Origin: Candidatus Krumholzibacteriota bacterium
GTDB lineage: Bacteria > Krumholzibacteriota > Krumholzibacteriia > JAJRXK01
Direction: 5' to 3'
NCBI GenBank assembly: GCA_963727455.1
Contig: CAVSGG010000012.1
Span: 1 to 64,000 of the forward strand
Length of the DNA: 64,000 nucleotides
Part shown: piece by piece, positions 10,618 to 21,993 of the stretch
Layout of the letters: each line of letters opens with the position of its first letter
Numbering within the stretch: position 1 is the stretch's first letter
Notes under the pieces: generated by a model
Seen by the model: only the letters and a program-made list of their open reading frames with translations
Told to the model about the DNA's origin: nothing
Databases searched by the model: none
Position numbers and translations under genes: made by a program

Positions 10618-12086
10618 TCACGCATGCACGCGCGGTTCCCAGTCCAGCCCATCCACCTTCTGCGGCTCGTCCGTCCCTTCGTGGATCAGCCGGATCTGTG
10701 CGAACCGGCAATACCGCTGAATGTCCCGCGTGTGGTCGCCGTAGAAGATCACCCGATGCAGCCCCGACGACCAGTTCTCCAGGAACTTGTCTATGTTCTC
10801 CACCTTCACCGTCAGCTTTGTCCGGCAGCCCCGCTCCACGAACGGGCTGTCCACCGCGTCGCCCGTTGAGAACAGCATCTTGTCGGTGCCGATCAGCCGC
10901 GCCATCGTCACCTTCCGCCCCACCGGCAGCTTCACCATCAGCGACGCCCCCCGCCCATCTTCCAGGTGGCTGCGGATGTCGTACGCCGACGCCTTCGTGC
11001 CCGGCCCCAGCATCTGGGTCGCCGCCACGCAATGCGCGTGGGTGATCGTCCCGTTCGACACATCGAACACCGGGTCGGTCACAACCCCGGCTTGCCCACC
11101 AGGTAGCTCAAGATCAGGTGCGTCATGCTCGACTTCAGGTCCGCCTCGCACACCCCGCCCAGCCCCATGTTGTTGAATCGCACGAACCCCAGGCACGGAT
11201 AGCCCATCCCCCGGTCCATCAGCCCCATCCCCAGGCAGTTCATCGTGATCAACACCGCCCCGTGCTGCGCCAGCAGGTCCCGCATTGCAATATACATGAC
11301 CGACGACTTGAGAATCTCCGCCTTGGTCGGCTCCACGATCTTCCTTGCCTCCTTCACCCACTGCCGCATGTCGGCCATCGCCTCGCTTTGGTCGGCCGCC
11401 TCGTAAGCCTTTTGCAGGTCCGGCAGCAGGAGGGAAATGATCTCCGTGCCGAACTTCTCCTTGAGCGCCGCGCAATAGGCGGCGTCGGCCGGCCCGTTGC
11501 TCACATTCAACACCCGCGCCTCCTTCAGCCGGTGAATCGCCCGGAACGGCCGGATCGCCACCAGCACGTCCTCATGCCGGCTGCTGGGATACACCTCGAT
11601 CAGTTTCCCCTGCCGCTGCCACCCCGCCATCGTGTGCCACTCATGCCCGGTGTAGGGCAGCGAGAACAACACCACCGGGATGCCCAGCTCCATCAAGCTC
11701 TGCAACTGCGCCATGATTCCCATCGTCAGGTGGATCACCAAAATGCCGTCCGTCCCCTTGAACTTCTCCTTCGCCACCGCCAGCTCCTGGTCGTTGGCAA
11801 TCAGCCCTCCTTCCACGAACTCCACATCCGCCAGCCCCGACCCCAGCTTGGCCAGCTTCCCCTCGAAGTCCTGCATCTCGGCCTTTACGTCCACCTTCGA
11901 CATCGGCCAGCCCGGATGCTCGCGACCCAGGTAAACCTTCCCGATCCGCACCTTGGTCTTCGGCCCCAGCGCCGGCTGCGCGCTCATCGCCGACAACCGC
12001 TCAGCCATCTCCGCCAGCGCCCCCACCGACGCCACACCTACTGCGGTTGATTTAAGAAAGCACCTGCGTGAAACGTTCGTGAACAT
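10618..12086 (-). CDS. Tat-signal protein, L-fucose/L-arabinose isomerase-like, one frameshift
   Basis: SRRCFLK; ITMNC, YPCLG, CEADL, HAHC, GCRTK, LHRVIFYGD; ORFs 11079..12086 and 10618..11475 join at ~11090. Confidence 0.65.
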
Positions 12087-12287
12087 ATCTATTCTCCTTC
12101 AGTTAATGAGGCACATTGCGATTAATCATCCCGACGCTCCCGGCGCGGCACTCTCGCGCCCGGCGGCCATCCGGTCGCCCCATTCAACCACCGGTCCCGC
12201 CCCCTGCCAACCCCAAACAGCTCCTCGCCTCCGTCCCCGTCCCCGCCGGCGCCCCGTTGGCGTGCGTGCACGGTGTCTGCAGCCTCC

Positions 12288-12364
12288 CTTACCGTATGGC
12301 CACCGTATGACTAGCGTATGACTAACGTATGAGTAACGTATGGGTAACGTATGGTTTCGCTATG
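12288..12364. repeat. 11-bp tandem array A (7 units)
   Basis: cttaccgtatg gccaccgtatg actagcgtatg actaacgtatg agtaacgtatg ggtaacgtatg gtttcgctatg. Confidence 0.9.
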
Positions 12365-12512
12365 TTCTGCGTGGTCTTTTCGTCCTTGGCCCCCTCCACG
12401 CACCACGTCCCCCTCCCGCCTATCCCCCGCGATATCAATCCGATGCGTAACGCTGAATAAAGCTTTCCCCAGGCGGTCTAACCGGTTAATGAAGAATGCG
12501 AGTGAGCATGTT

Positions 12513-14335
12513 ATGAAAACTACCAAATGGTTCGGTTTGATTGCAGTGTTAGCTCTTTACGCAATGTGCGGCTTCGCTCAAACGCCGCCCGCCGCTGCCC
12601 CAGGGGCTCCCGGGCAGCCTCAGGCGGCGACCCCGGCCAATCTCTCGCCGGGCGCCGCGGAGGTGGTCAAGCTCGCCACGTCAGGCGTCGGCGACGAGGT
12701 GGTTCTGGCCTACATCAACAACTCGCAGGCCCCATTCAACCTCTCTGCCAATGATGTCCTTTACCTCAAAGACATCGGCCTGTCCCCCGACGTCACCACG
12801 GCCATGCTGAACCACGACAGCACGCTGCGGGGCCAGCCGCAACAATACGCCCCCGCAGCCACCACGCCTGCCTCGGCAGCCGCCCCTGCGCCAACCCCGG
12901 CTCCCACAGTAGCCGCCGCTCCCGCGCCCGTTTATGTCACCAGTCCTCCGCCCGACGTCACTTATTTCTACAGCGACCTCGCGCCCTATGGTACCTGGGT
13001 TCAATTGGACGGCTACGGCTGGTGCTGGCAACCCACCGCCGTCGTGATCACTGCCGACTGGCGGCCCTACTGCCAAGGCGGCTCCTGGGTTTACTCCGAC
13101 CTCGGCTGGTATTGGCAATCCACTTATTCCTGGGGCTGGGCTCCCTTCCACTATGGCCGGTGGTACAGGCACCCGCGCTGTGGCTGGGTCTGGACACCGG
13201 ACCGCGTCTGGGGGCCGGCCTGGGTGACCTGGCGGACGTATGGCGACACCTGCGGCTGGGCGCCGCTGCCGCCGCGCGCCGTCTTTGATGTGCGCCTGGG
13301 CTGGCGCTACAACGGCATCGCCGTCGGCGCAAACTTCGGTTTCAACCTCGGCAGCGACGCGTTCCTCTTTGTCTCCTTTGGCAACGTCTGCCAGCCAAAC
13401 CTCTACCGCCATTGCCTGCCGCACGCTCGCGTTGCCACCATCTACAACCAGACCACCATCATCAACAACTATGTCGTCAACAATAACCGGGTTGCACACC
13501 TTGGGATCCCCCTCGACCGCGTCTCCGCCGCCTCCCACGGCCGCATCCCCCGCGCTACTGTCCGCGACTGGTCCGACCGGCCCGACCGGATGCCCACCCG
13601 CGCCTCGTCCGTCGTCTATCGGCCCCGCCTCGAAGCGCCCGCCCGGCCCGTTCGCATGGAGGCACAGAAAGTTGACGCGCAGCACCCGGTCATCCGTCAC
13701 GCCCCCAGCGGGTCCGCCCGAGTCGAGCGTGCCTCCAACTCCGCCCGCGGCGCCAGCGCCTCGCGCCGGCCGGCACTGGAACCCCCCAAAGTTGCGCCGT
13801 GGTCGAGCACCACAAGGGCTCAGTCCTCCCAGCAAACCCCCGACAGATCGCCCCAGAGCTTGAACTGGCCGCCTGAGACCCGCCCCTCCCCATCGTCCCG
13901 AATCCAGCCGACTCCGAGCACGCCGCAAGCGACACCGGCCGCCCCTGCCGCTAGGACTTCGCGAGCCTCGCCCTGGTCCCCCGAGACCAGACCCGCCGCC
14001 GCCCCGGAAGTCCAGTCAACACCCACCGCTTCGCAACCGGTGATGACCGTGCCTCCCATCGTCACCACACCCCGCGCTCCCGATAACTGGAAGCAGGGCG
14101 CCCGCGCCGCGCCCGGCTACCGCTCTGACTCCGGCCTGCCTGCTTTGGGCAATGCGCGCGCTGCCGAGCGGTCATCCCCGCTGCAACTCCGTCTGCAAAC
14201 CCGCACTTCTACCTGCCTAAGAGCGGGCGCCAGGCCGCTGAAATCCGCCCGCCGGCCTCATCCGCCAGCACCCCCTCAGCGGCGCCCTCCTCTCGCGGGT
14301 CCACTTCTAACGCCCGCTCCCGCAGAGACCGGTAG
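12513..14335 (+). CDS. Secreted DUF6600-like protein with Pro/Ser-rich tail
   Basis: Signal peptide MKTTKWFGLIAVLAL; FYSDLAPYGTW, WRPY, WGWAPFHYGRW, WGPAWV, GWAPLPP; low-complexity C-terminus, probable late frameshift. Confidence 0.75.
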
Positions 14336-14598
14336 CCTTGGCGCCTACGCCGAGCGGAGGCGGTAGAAGCGGCACGTTCTCCCTGCGGGGATGAAGGGCT
14401 GCTGCGCGCGTTGCGTCCGTGAGCGCAGGCGTGAGTCCTTGGCGCCGCCCCGGACCGCTGAGCATTGCTCCACGCTCGGCGTTCCGGCAACTTCCCCGGC
14501 ACTCGCGCACGCGCCGGCTCCCGCCGCGCCTTGTTTCCGGACTGGATTTTGAGCAAACCCTGAGCGATGTTTGCGCGACTACTGAAAGGGCTTTGTTC

Positions 14599-16125
14599 AT
14601 GAAACGTCTCATGCTGTTCATTGAGCCGGCGGGCGCGCAGCTTAACATCTTCACCCAGTTCACCTTGCCACGGCTGGGAAGCTTCATCCTCGCCGGGCTG
14701 GTGAACCGCCGCGGGGGCTGGAACGCGCGGGTGTTTGTCGAGGGCCGGCAGCGATTCGATCTGCAAGCCTGGATCGCTGAGCACGGCCGGCCGGAAGTGG
14801 TGGGCATCTCGACCATCACCGCCTCAGCGCGACGCGGCTACGCGCTGGCGGATGAATGCCGCTCGCGCGGCATCCCGGTCATCCTGGGCGGACCGCATGT
14901 CACTTTCCTTCCCGAGGAAGCGCTGGGGCATGGGGACCTGGTCGTGCGGGGAGAAGGCGAAGGGGCGATGAACGCGCTGCTGGACCTCTGGAACGAAGGC
15001 AGCGTAGGAGCGCCCGACCCCAGGCACGCCGCGGTTCCGAACCTCTCGTGGAAGGATGGCGCCGGAGTCATTCGGCATAACGAGCTGGCGCCCTGGATCA
15101 CTGACCTGGATGCGCTGCCCGCGCCGGATTTCTCGCTGGCCGGGGGAACGGCCGACTGCGTGATCGGCGGCAAGAAAACCGTGATGGTCCAGACTTCGCG
15201 CGGCTGCCCGTTCGACTGCTCGTTCTGTTCGGTGACGGGCATGTTCGGGAAGAAGTTCCGGTATCGCTCGGTCGCCGCCATCCTGAACGAACTCCGGCAG
15301 TACGACACCCGGCGCCACTTCGTGTTCTTCTGCGATGACAACTTCACGGCCAACAAGCGCCGCGCCCGGGAACTGCTCGAGGCGATGATCGCCGAAGGCT
15401 TCCGCTTCCAATGGTCCACGCAGGTGCGCGCCGACCTGGCCCGCGATTCCGAGCTGGTGCGGCTGATGAAACGCGCGGGGTGTCATACGGTGTTCATTGG
15501 CTTCGAATCGGTGAATCCCCAGAGCCTCACCGAGATGAAAAAGGGCCAAGACCTGGAGGACATCCGTCGCGCCATCCGCGTTGTCCAGGAAGCCGGGATC
15601 CACATCCACGGCATGTTCGTGTTCGGGTTCGAAGAGGACCACTGGGACACCGTCGAAGCCACTGTCAGCTTCGCCCGTAAGATGAAGCTCACGAGCGTGC
15701 AGTTGCTCATCCTGACGCCGCTGCCGGGATCGGAGCTTTACCAGCGTCTGGGTGCCGAAAGGCGGATTACGTCCTTCGACTGGGATCTCTACGATACGCA
15801 TCACGTGGTCTATCGGCCGGCCGGTTTCACGCCGTTCGAGCTCCAGTGTGCCCAGGTGTACGGGCATACGCGGCTCTATACCCTGCCCGAGGGGCTTAAG
15901 AAACTGGCCACCGGCAGGCTGGTGGCGGCGGGCCTGTCGTTCTACGCCTGGAAGATCAACCGGGACTGGCAGAAGGACAACCAGGAGTATCTTCGCAGGC
16001 TGGCGGCTGAATCCTCCCCGGCGGGCCTGGTGGGCGCTCAGGCCGCGAGCACGGCATTGGCATCGGGGGCTGGCTGGACCGACGCCGGCCGCCGGCCGGC
16101 GATCTCCACTCGGAAGGCTGCCTAG
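14599..16125 (+). CDS. B12-binding domain radical SAM protein
   Basis: VILGGPHVT, VVRGEGE, TSRGCPFDCSFC (CxxxCxxC), DDNF, IGFES. Confidence 0.9.
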   Translation: MKRLMLFIEPAGAQLNIFTQFTLPRLGSFILAGLVNRRGGWNARVFVEGRQRFDLQAWIAEHGRPEVVGISTITASARRGYALADECRSRGIPVILGGPHVTFLPEEALGHGDLVVRGEGEGAMNALLDLWNEGSVGAPDPRHAAVPNLSWKDGAGVIRHNELAPWITDLDALPAPDFSLAGGTADCVIGGKKTVMVQTSRGCPFDCSFCSVTGMFGKKFRYRSVAAILNELRQYDTRRHFVFFCDDNFTANKRRARELLEAMIAEGFRFQWSTQVRADLARDSELVRLMKRAGCHTVFIGFESVNPQSLTEMKKGQDLEDIRRAIRVVQEAGIHIHGMFVFGFEEDHWDTVEATVSFARKMKLTSVQLLILTPLPGSELYQRLGAERRITSFDWDLYDTHHVVYRPAGFTPFELQCAQVYGHTRLYTLPEGLKKLATGRLVAAGLSFYAWKINRDWQKDNQEYLRRLAAESSPAGLVGAQAASTALASGAGWTDAGRRPAISTRKAA

Positions 16126-16171
16126 AACTTTGCGCTCACACGGCAGGCCGGCTCGTGCTAATAGGTGAGGC

Positions 16172-17167
16172 ATGAAACTGGCCTTTCCAATTCACGCTAC
16201 CCTTGCCGCATTGGTTCTGCTATCTCTGCTCACCGTGCGACCCAGTTCCGCCCAGAACAAAACGACTGCTCCCGCCACGGCTTCAACCCGTCACATCGCC
16301 CACTCCGACCACCTCCAGAAAGTCGTGGATCGGGCTGTAGAACGCGCGCTCGACAAGTTCGCTTCCCAGCAGCTCGGCACCAACCAGCTCGCCATCACGC
16401 TCGTGGACCTGCGCGACCCGCAGAAACCCGTGCAGGCCAGCTACCGCGGCGGCGAGCAGATCTACCCGGCCAGTGTGATCAAGCTTTTCTACCTGGTGGC
16501 CGTCCATCGCTGGCTGGAGGACGGCAAGCTCCAGGACACTGACGAACTCCGCCGCGCCATGCGCGACATGATCGTGGACTCTTACAACGAGGCCACCGGC
16601 TACATCGTAGATCTGCTCACCGGCACCACCAGCGGCCCAGAACTTGGCCCGCAGGAGATGGAGCGCTGGTACAAGAAGCGCAACGCCGTGAATCGCTACT
16701 TCGCGTCCCTTGGCTACACCAACATCAACGTCAACCGCAAGCCGTGGTGCGAAGGCCCCTATGGCCGCGAGATGCAGTCGGTGAAGATGAGCAAACCCAA
16801 CCACCGCAACTGGCTCACCACGGATGCCACCGCCCGATTGCTGACCGCGATCGTCACTGGCAACGCCGTCTCTGCCGAGCGTTCCGCCGAGATGATGGAA
16901 CTGCTCAAGCGCGACTTCTCCCCCGACTCCGGCGGCAAGAACGTCCAAGCCCATGCCTACACCGCCCTGGCCCTGCCGCCCGGCGCGAAGCTCTGGTCCA
17001 AGGCCGGCTGGACGAGCGAGACCCGCCACGACGCCGCCTATGTCGAGCTGCCCAACGGCGCCAAGTTCGTCCTCGTCACCTTCACGGTGGACCACGCCAA
17101 CGAGCGCGACATCATCGCCACCGTCGCCAAGGCAGTCGTTGAGTCCCTCTCCGCCCCAGCTCGTTAA
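16172..17167 (+). CDS. Serine hydrolase, class A beta-lactamase-like
   Basis: Signal peptide; PASVIK (SxxK), SYN, KAG motifs. Confidence 0.85.
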   Translation: MKLAFPIHATLAALVLLSLLTVRPSSAQNKTTAPATASTRHIAHSDHLQKVVDRAVERALDKFASQQLGTNQLAITLVDLRDPQKPVQASYRGGEQIYPASVIKLFYLVAVHRWLEDGKLQDTDELRRAMRDMIVDSYNEATGYIVDLLTGTTSGPELGPQEMERWYKKRNAVNRYFASLGYTNINVNRKPWCEGPYGREMQSVKMSKPNHRNWLTTDATARLLTAIVTGNAVSAERSAEMMELLKRDFSPDSGGKNVQAHAYTALALPPGAKLWSKAGWTSETRHDAAYVELPNGAKFVLVTFTVDHANERDIIATVAKAVVESLSAPAR

Positions 17168-17189
17168 GGGCGAGCGTCCACGCGAGCCC
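17168..17189. repeat. REP-like repeat, single arm (copy 3)
   Basis: gggcgagcgtccacgcgagccc directly after the stop codon. Confidence 0.75.
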
Positions 17190-17258
17190 AAACTCCTCCC
17201 TGACCCCATTTTATATTGGCTCCCCCACCCTCACCCGCTACCATCCGCTCCAACACTT

Positions 17259-18675
17259 ATGAACCAGCACCTCAGCCAAACCACCTCACGCCGCGAGTTC
17301 CTCAAGACCACAACCCAGTTCGCCGCCGCCTCCGCCCTGGCCGGCGTGGCCTTTCCGCACGTCCACGCCGCCGAGGACAACACCATCCGGCTGGCCTTGA
17401 TCGGCTGCGGCGGCCGCGGCAGCGGCGCGGTGGCCAACGCCATGTCGGCCGGCGGGTTGGTGCTGGGCGACGACGGCGGCACCAAGCGCGCCGCCCGCTC
17501 CGGCGCGGGCGGCCCGGTCAAGCTGGTCGCCATGGCCGATCTCCGCCAGGAGCGGCTCGACCAAGTCGCACAACGACCCTGACGCAGGCGCTCGGCGATC
17601 TGATCGACGTCCCGCCCGAACGGCGGTTCCTCGGCTTCGACGCCTACCGCAAGGCGATCGACTGCCTGCGGCCGGGCGACGTTGCCATGCTGACCACCCA
17701 CGCCGCCTTCCGCGCGCCCCACCTGGAATACGCCGTGCAGAAGGGCGTCAACGTCTTCATGGAGAAGGACTTCGCCCCCGACCCGGGCGGCATCAAACGC
17801 ATGCTCCGCGCCGGCGAAGCGGCCGAGAAGAAGAACCTCAAGATCGCCGCCGGGCTGATGTGCCGCCACTCGTCCGCCCGCCAGGCGCTGATCGAGAAGA
17901 TCCGCGACGGCGCCATGGGCGACGTCGAGCTGATCCGCGCCTACCGCATGGACACCGGCTACCGATGGGCCCGTTCCCGCGCGGCCAGAACGAACTGCTG
18001 TGGCAGATCAGCCCGGGCACCGTACCAGTTCCTCTGGTCGTCGCGGCGGCATCTTCATCGAGCTGATGATCCACCAGATCGACGAGTGCTTCTGGATCAA
18101 GGACGCCTGGCCGGTGTCCGCCCACGGCGTCGGCGGGCGCTATCCCCGGCAGCACCGACTGCGGCCAGAACCTCGACAGCTACTCCATCGAGTACACCTT
18201 CCCCGACGGCACCAAGGCCGTGGTCGACCGGCCGCTACATCCCCAACTGCTTCACCGATTTCGCCACCTACGTCCACGGCACGAAGTGCGCCGCCCAGTT
18301 CTCCGGCAACATCCACGCCCCCACTGTCCAGATCTACAAGGACCAGCGGATCGAGCAGGACGAACATCGCCTGGAGGCCGCCCAAGGAGACCGTCAACCC
18401 CTGGCAGGCCGAGTGGAACGTCCTGCTGAGCGCCATCCGCAACGACAAGCCGCACAACGAAGACCCGCCGCGCCGCTCTCTCGAACCTCGGCGCCATCAT
18501 GGGCCGCGCGGCCGTCCACACCGGCAAGGTCATCACCTGGGACGAAGCCATGGCCTCGAACTTCCAGTTCTGCTCCAACGTGGCCGACCTCACCGATAAA
18601 AGCCCCGCCCCCGTCCAGGCCGACGCCCAAGGCCACTACCCCGCCCCCATCCCGGGCAAGACGGTGGAGATATAG
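17259..18675 (+). CDS. Tat-signal Gfo/Idh/MocA family oxidoreductase, frameshifted
   Basis: SRREFLK, LALIGCGGRGSGA, NVFMEK, IHQID. Confidence 0.85.
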
Positions 18676-18688
18676 CTAACGGCATTAC

Positions 18689-19117
18689 GTGAAACGCACG
18701 TTGATCGGGCTCACAGCCTTGGCGTGCTTGCTCTTCGTTGAACGCCGCCGCTCAAGCCTCGGACACGGCGGGTAAGAGAAATGTGCTCTTCCTCGCGGTG
18801 GATAACCTGAACTGCCGCATCGCCTGCTACAGCGATCCGATCGCCAAAACGCCCAATCCTGACCGCCCGGCCGGGCGCGGTGTGATGTTTCGCTGCGCCT
18901 GCTGCCAATACCCCCTCTGCAACCCCAGCCGCGCCTCCCTCATGACCAGCCTGCGCCCCGACACCACGCGCGTCCACGACCTGCGGGTCAACTTCCGCTC
19001 CACGTTCCCCGACGTGGTCACCCTACCCCAGCTCTTCCGCCAGAACCGCTGCTTCGTCGCACGCGTCGGCAAGCTCTACCATTACGGCGTCCCGCGTGAG
19101 ATCGGCACCGATGACGT
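18689..19117 (+). pseudogene. Truncated sulfatase (iduronate-2-sulfatase-like N-terminus)
   Basis: [42 protein letters not shown]; family resemblance stops after about 140 codons. Confidence 0.75.
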
Positions 19118-19385
19118 CTTTCAGCCCCTGCTTGGCCAGTTCAACGCGTACCAAGTCAAGCTCCGCACAAATCGCCCCACGCTGACCTGGCGGGAGTTAT
19201 CCACCTTCATGGCCTTGGCAGACAGCCCGCACATTCGCCGCCGCGTTCTCCTCACCAACTGCGACGAACTGCCGTCCGTGCTCAACGACCGGCAAGGCTT
19301 CTTCTGCGTCCGTGGCTCTGATCTCGACAGGCTCCGCGCAGACGACCTCCATGCGATCGAAGCCTGGCTCGCCGAGCGCATTTCG
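19114..19385 (+). pseudogene. Fragment resembling the restriction-endonuclease-like domain of helicase/type ISP-like proteins
   Basis: AYQVKLRT...[12 protein letters not shown]...RVLLTNC resembles the QxK half of an Mrr-like PD-(D/E)xK fold. Confidence 0.4.
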
Positions 19386-19500
19386 AGGCCTCGAAGGGGG
19401 AGGCCGGGGAGTAAGGAACGCTCATTTTGGACGCGGGACCAGGGGCTGACGACGTGTGCCAAAATGCCACACTTGGGGGCTAAAAAGGACCCCGACCAGG

Positions 19501-19544
19501 GAGCCAACGGTAAGCCAACAGTAAGCCAACAGGCAGCCTCGGGC
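19501..19544. repeat. 11-bp tandem array B
   Basis: gagccaacggt aagccaacagt aagccaacagg, then a degenerate cagcctcggg unit. Confidence 0.75.
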
Positions 19545-19597
19545 AGCGTCCGGGGCACGCCTCGGGAGGGGCCGGACGACGGGAGAAGACAGGGCGG

Positions 19598-19637
19598 TTG
19601 ATGGATTGGTGGATCGGTGGAGTGATGGAGTGGTGGA
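19598..19637. repeat. 8-bp tandem repeat (NNGRTGGA x5)
   Basis: ttgatgga ttggtgga tcggtgga gtgatgga gtggtgga. Confidence 0.8.
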
Positions 19638-20008
19638 GTGACGCGGAGGCGGGCGGAGGAACAGGACGGAGGGCGATCTGGTTCCGCCGTTGGCCCCAAG
19701 ACTGTCCCCTCAGCCCGGCCAGCACTGCTGGGTCCGCCGTTTCCTCGGCAACACCGCCGCCTTCCGCGCCGTCTGGAACGACGCCACCCACGCCTTCACC
19801 CTCAGTGTCCGTGATGAATACACCCTCGCCAACCAGTGGTGCTACGTCTGGCACTGGAAGCCGCGGCAGCTTGTACCCTGGCACAAATCCGGGTTTGTTT
19901 ATTGGAACTCCCTCTCGGCATGTGCATGTCTCGGAGGCTTCGGCCTGTTCGGCACTACTCAATTGACCCTGAGCCGGGAAACCGCTTTCCTTGGCGCGGC
20001 CACTGCCT

Positions 20009-21240
20009 GTGAGTTCGCCGAAACCTACGCTGAATGACTTGCGCATCGAGCGCGACGCCGAGCCGGAGCCGTCCTCCCGGCTTCGGGTAGTGGTCATTGT
20101 CATCCTGGTCCTGGCCCTGGCGGCGGGAATCGTCTTCTGGCTCAAGCGGCCCGGCGCCATCCCCGTGCGCACCGTCCTGGTGCGCGAGGCGGCCGGCAAC
20201 GGCATCGAGCGGACGGTGTTGAACGCCTCCGGGTACGTCACCGCCCGGCGGCAGGCGACGGTTTCCTCCAAGGTCACCGGCAAGGTCACCGAGGTGCTCA
20301 TCGAGGAGGGGATGAAGGTGCAGGAAGGGCAGATTCTGGCGCGCCTGGACGATACGAACGTCAAGACCAGCCTCGCCTGGCGGAGGCGCAGTGGGTCTCC
20401 GCCACGAACGCGCTGGCGGAGACCCGCGTGCGTATCAAGGAAGCCGACCAGGAGTTGCAGCGCCAGGCCGGCCTGCTCAAGAACAAGATCGCCGCGCAGG
20501 CCGACTACGACCGCGCGGAAGCGGCCGTCCTGGCTTTCAAGGCGAGGCTGGAGCAGCAGCAGGCCGAGGTCACCGTGGCCGAAAAGCAGGTGGCTTACTG
20601 GAAGCAGCAGATGGAGGACACGATCATTCGCGCGCCCTTCGCCGGCATCGTCACCTCCAAGAACGCCCAGCCCGGCGAGATGATTTCGCCCATGTCCGCC
20701 GGGGGCGGCTTCACGCGCACGGGCATCTGCACCATCGTGGACATGGAGTCGCTGGAGATCGAGATCGACGTGAACGAGAGCTACATCAACCGCGTCCACG
20801 CCCGGGCAGCCGGTGGAAGCGACGCTCGACGCCTATCCGGATTGGAAGATCCCGTGCAAGGTGATCGCGATCATCCCCACGGCCGACCGCCAGAAGTCGA
20901 CGGTGAAAGTGCGCGTCGGTTTCGAGCAGCTCGATCCGCGCATCCTGCCGGAGATGGGCGTGAAGGTGGCGTTTCAGGAAGCGGGCGGGTCAGGACCCGT
21001 GCGCGCGGCCGCACGGTGATCGTGCCCACGACCGCCGTCCGCGCAGCGAGGACGGGCGCGATGTGGTGCTTCGTGGTGCAGAGCGGCCGCGCCGAGCGCC
21101 GCGCGGTCACCGTCAGCCGGCACGCGCGGCGATGAGACGGTCTCAGCGCCGGCCTGGCCGCCGGCGAAAGGGTGGTCGATGGATCCGCCCGGCGGACTTG
21201 ACGGACGGCGTCGCAGGTCGAGCAGAAGGAATCGGGATGA
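20009..21240 (+). CDS. Efflux transporter periplasmic adaptor (HlyD/MacA-like), frameshifted
   Basis: N-terminal TM, LNASGYVTARR, VSSKVTGKV, IRAPFAG, EIDVNES, PEMGVKV. Confidence 0.9.
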
Positions 21241-21244
21241 GCGC

Positions 21245-21952
21245 ATGACTAACTCGGCCAACGGCGCGCTGGTCCGACGTCGACGGAGTGGAGAAGGTGT
21301 TTCACCGCGGCTCGGAGGACATCCACGTCCTGAAGGACTTGCATCTGCAAGTGCCGGCGGGCGAGTTCCTCGCGCTGATGGGGCCGTCCGGGTTCGGGCA
21401 AGAGCACGCTGCTGAACCTGATCGGCGGACTGGACCGGCCCACGCGCGGCACCGTCAGATCGCCGGCGAGCAGCATCGACGAGCTGTCCGACCGCGAGCT
21501 GGCCGCGTGGCGCGCGCGGCACATCGGCTTCGTCTTCCAGCTCTACAACCTGATGCCCGTGCTCACCGCGGAGCGCAACGTCGAGCTGCCGCTCCTGCTC
21601 ACGCACCTCTCCAAGCGCCGCAGCGCGAAGCAGCACGTGGCGACGGCGCTGGCAATCGTCGGCCTGTCGCACCGCGCGAAGCATTACCCGCGCACAGCTT
21701 TCCGGCGGCGAACAACAGCGCGTGGGCATCGCCCGCGCCATCGTCACCGATCCCACCCTGCTGCTCTGCGACGAGCCCACCGGCGACCTCGACCGCAAGG
21801 CCGGCGACGAGATTCTGGATCTGCTCCAGGCGCTGAACCGCGAGCACGGCAAGACCATCATCATGGTCACCCACGATCCGCACGCCTCGGCCCGCGCCTC
21901 GCGCACCGTGTATCTCGACAAAGGCCAGCTCAGCGACCAGCCCGTCAAGTGA
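21245..21952 (+). CDS. ABC transporter ATP-binding protein (LolD/MacB-like), frameshifted
   Basis: GPSG..GKS Walker [18 protein letters not shown]. Confidence 0.9.
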
Positions 21953-21993
21953 CAGTGCCCGGCCCGGCTGCGGCGCTGCCAATGAATTGAGCC

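Noticed and set aside
12288-12364. Possible CRISPR array (also arrays at 19501 and 25755)
   Set aside because: Units are 11 bp and contiguous, with no spacers and no cas genes
14366-14598. Cobalamin riboswitch upstream of the B12 radical SAM gene (likewise a riboswitch before metH)
   Set aside because: No recognisable B12-box motifs by eye, and metH has almost no leader; an Infernal/Rfam scan would settle it
16172-17167. Acquired antibiotic-resistance gene
   Set aside because: Divergent chromosomal serine hydrolase with no mobile context; activity unknown
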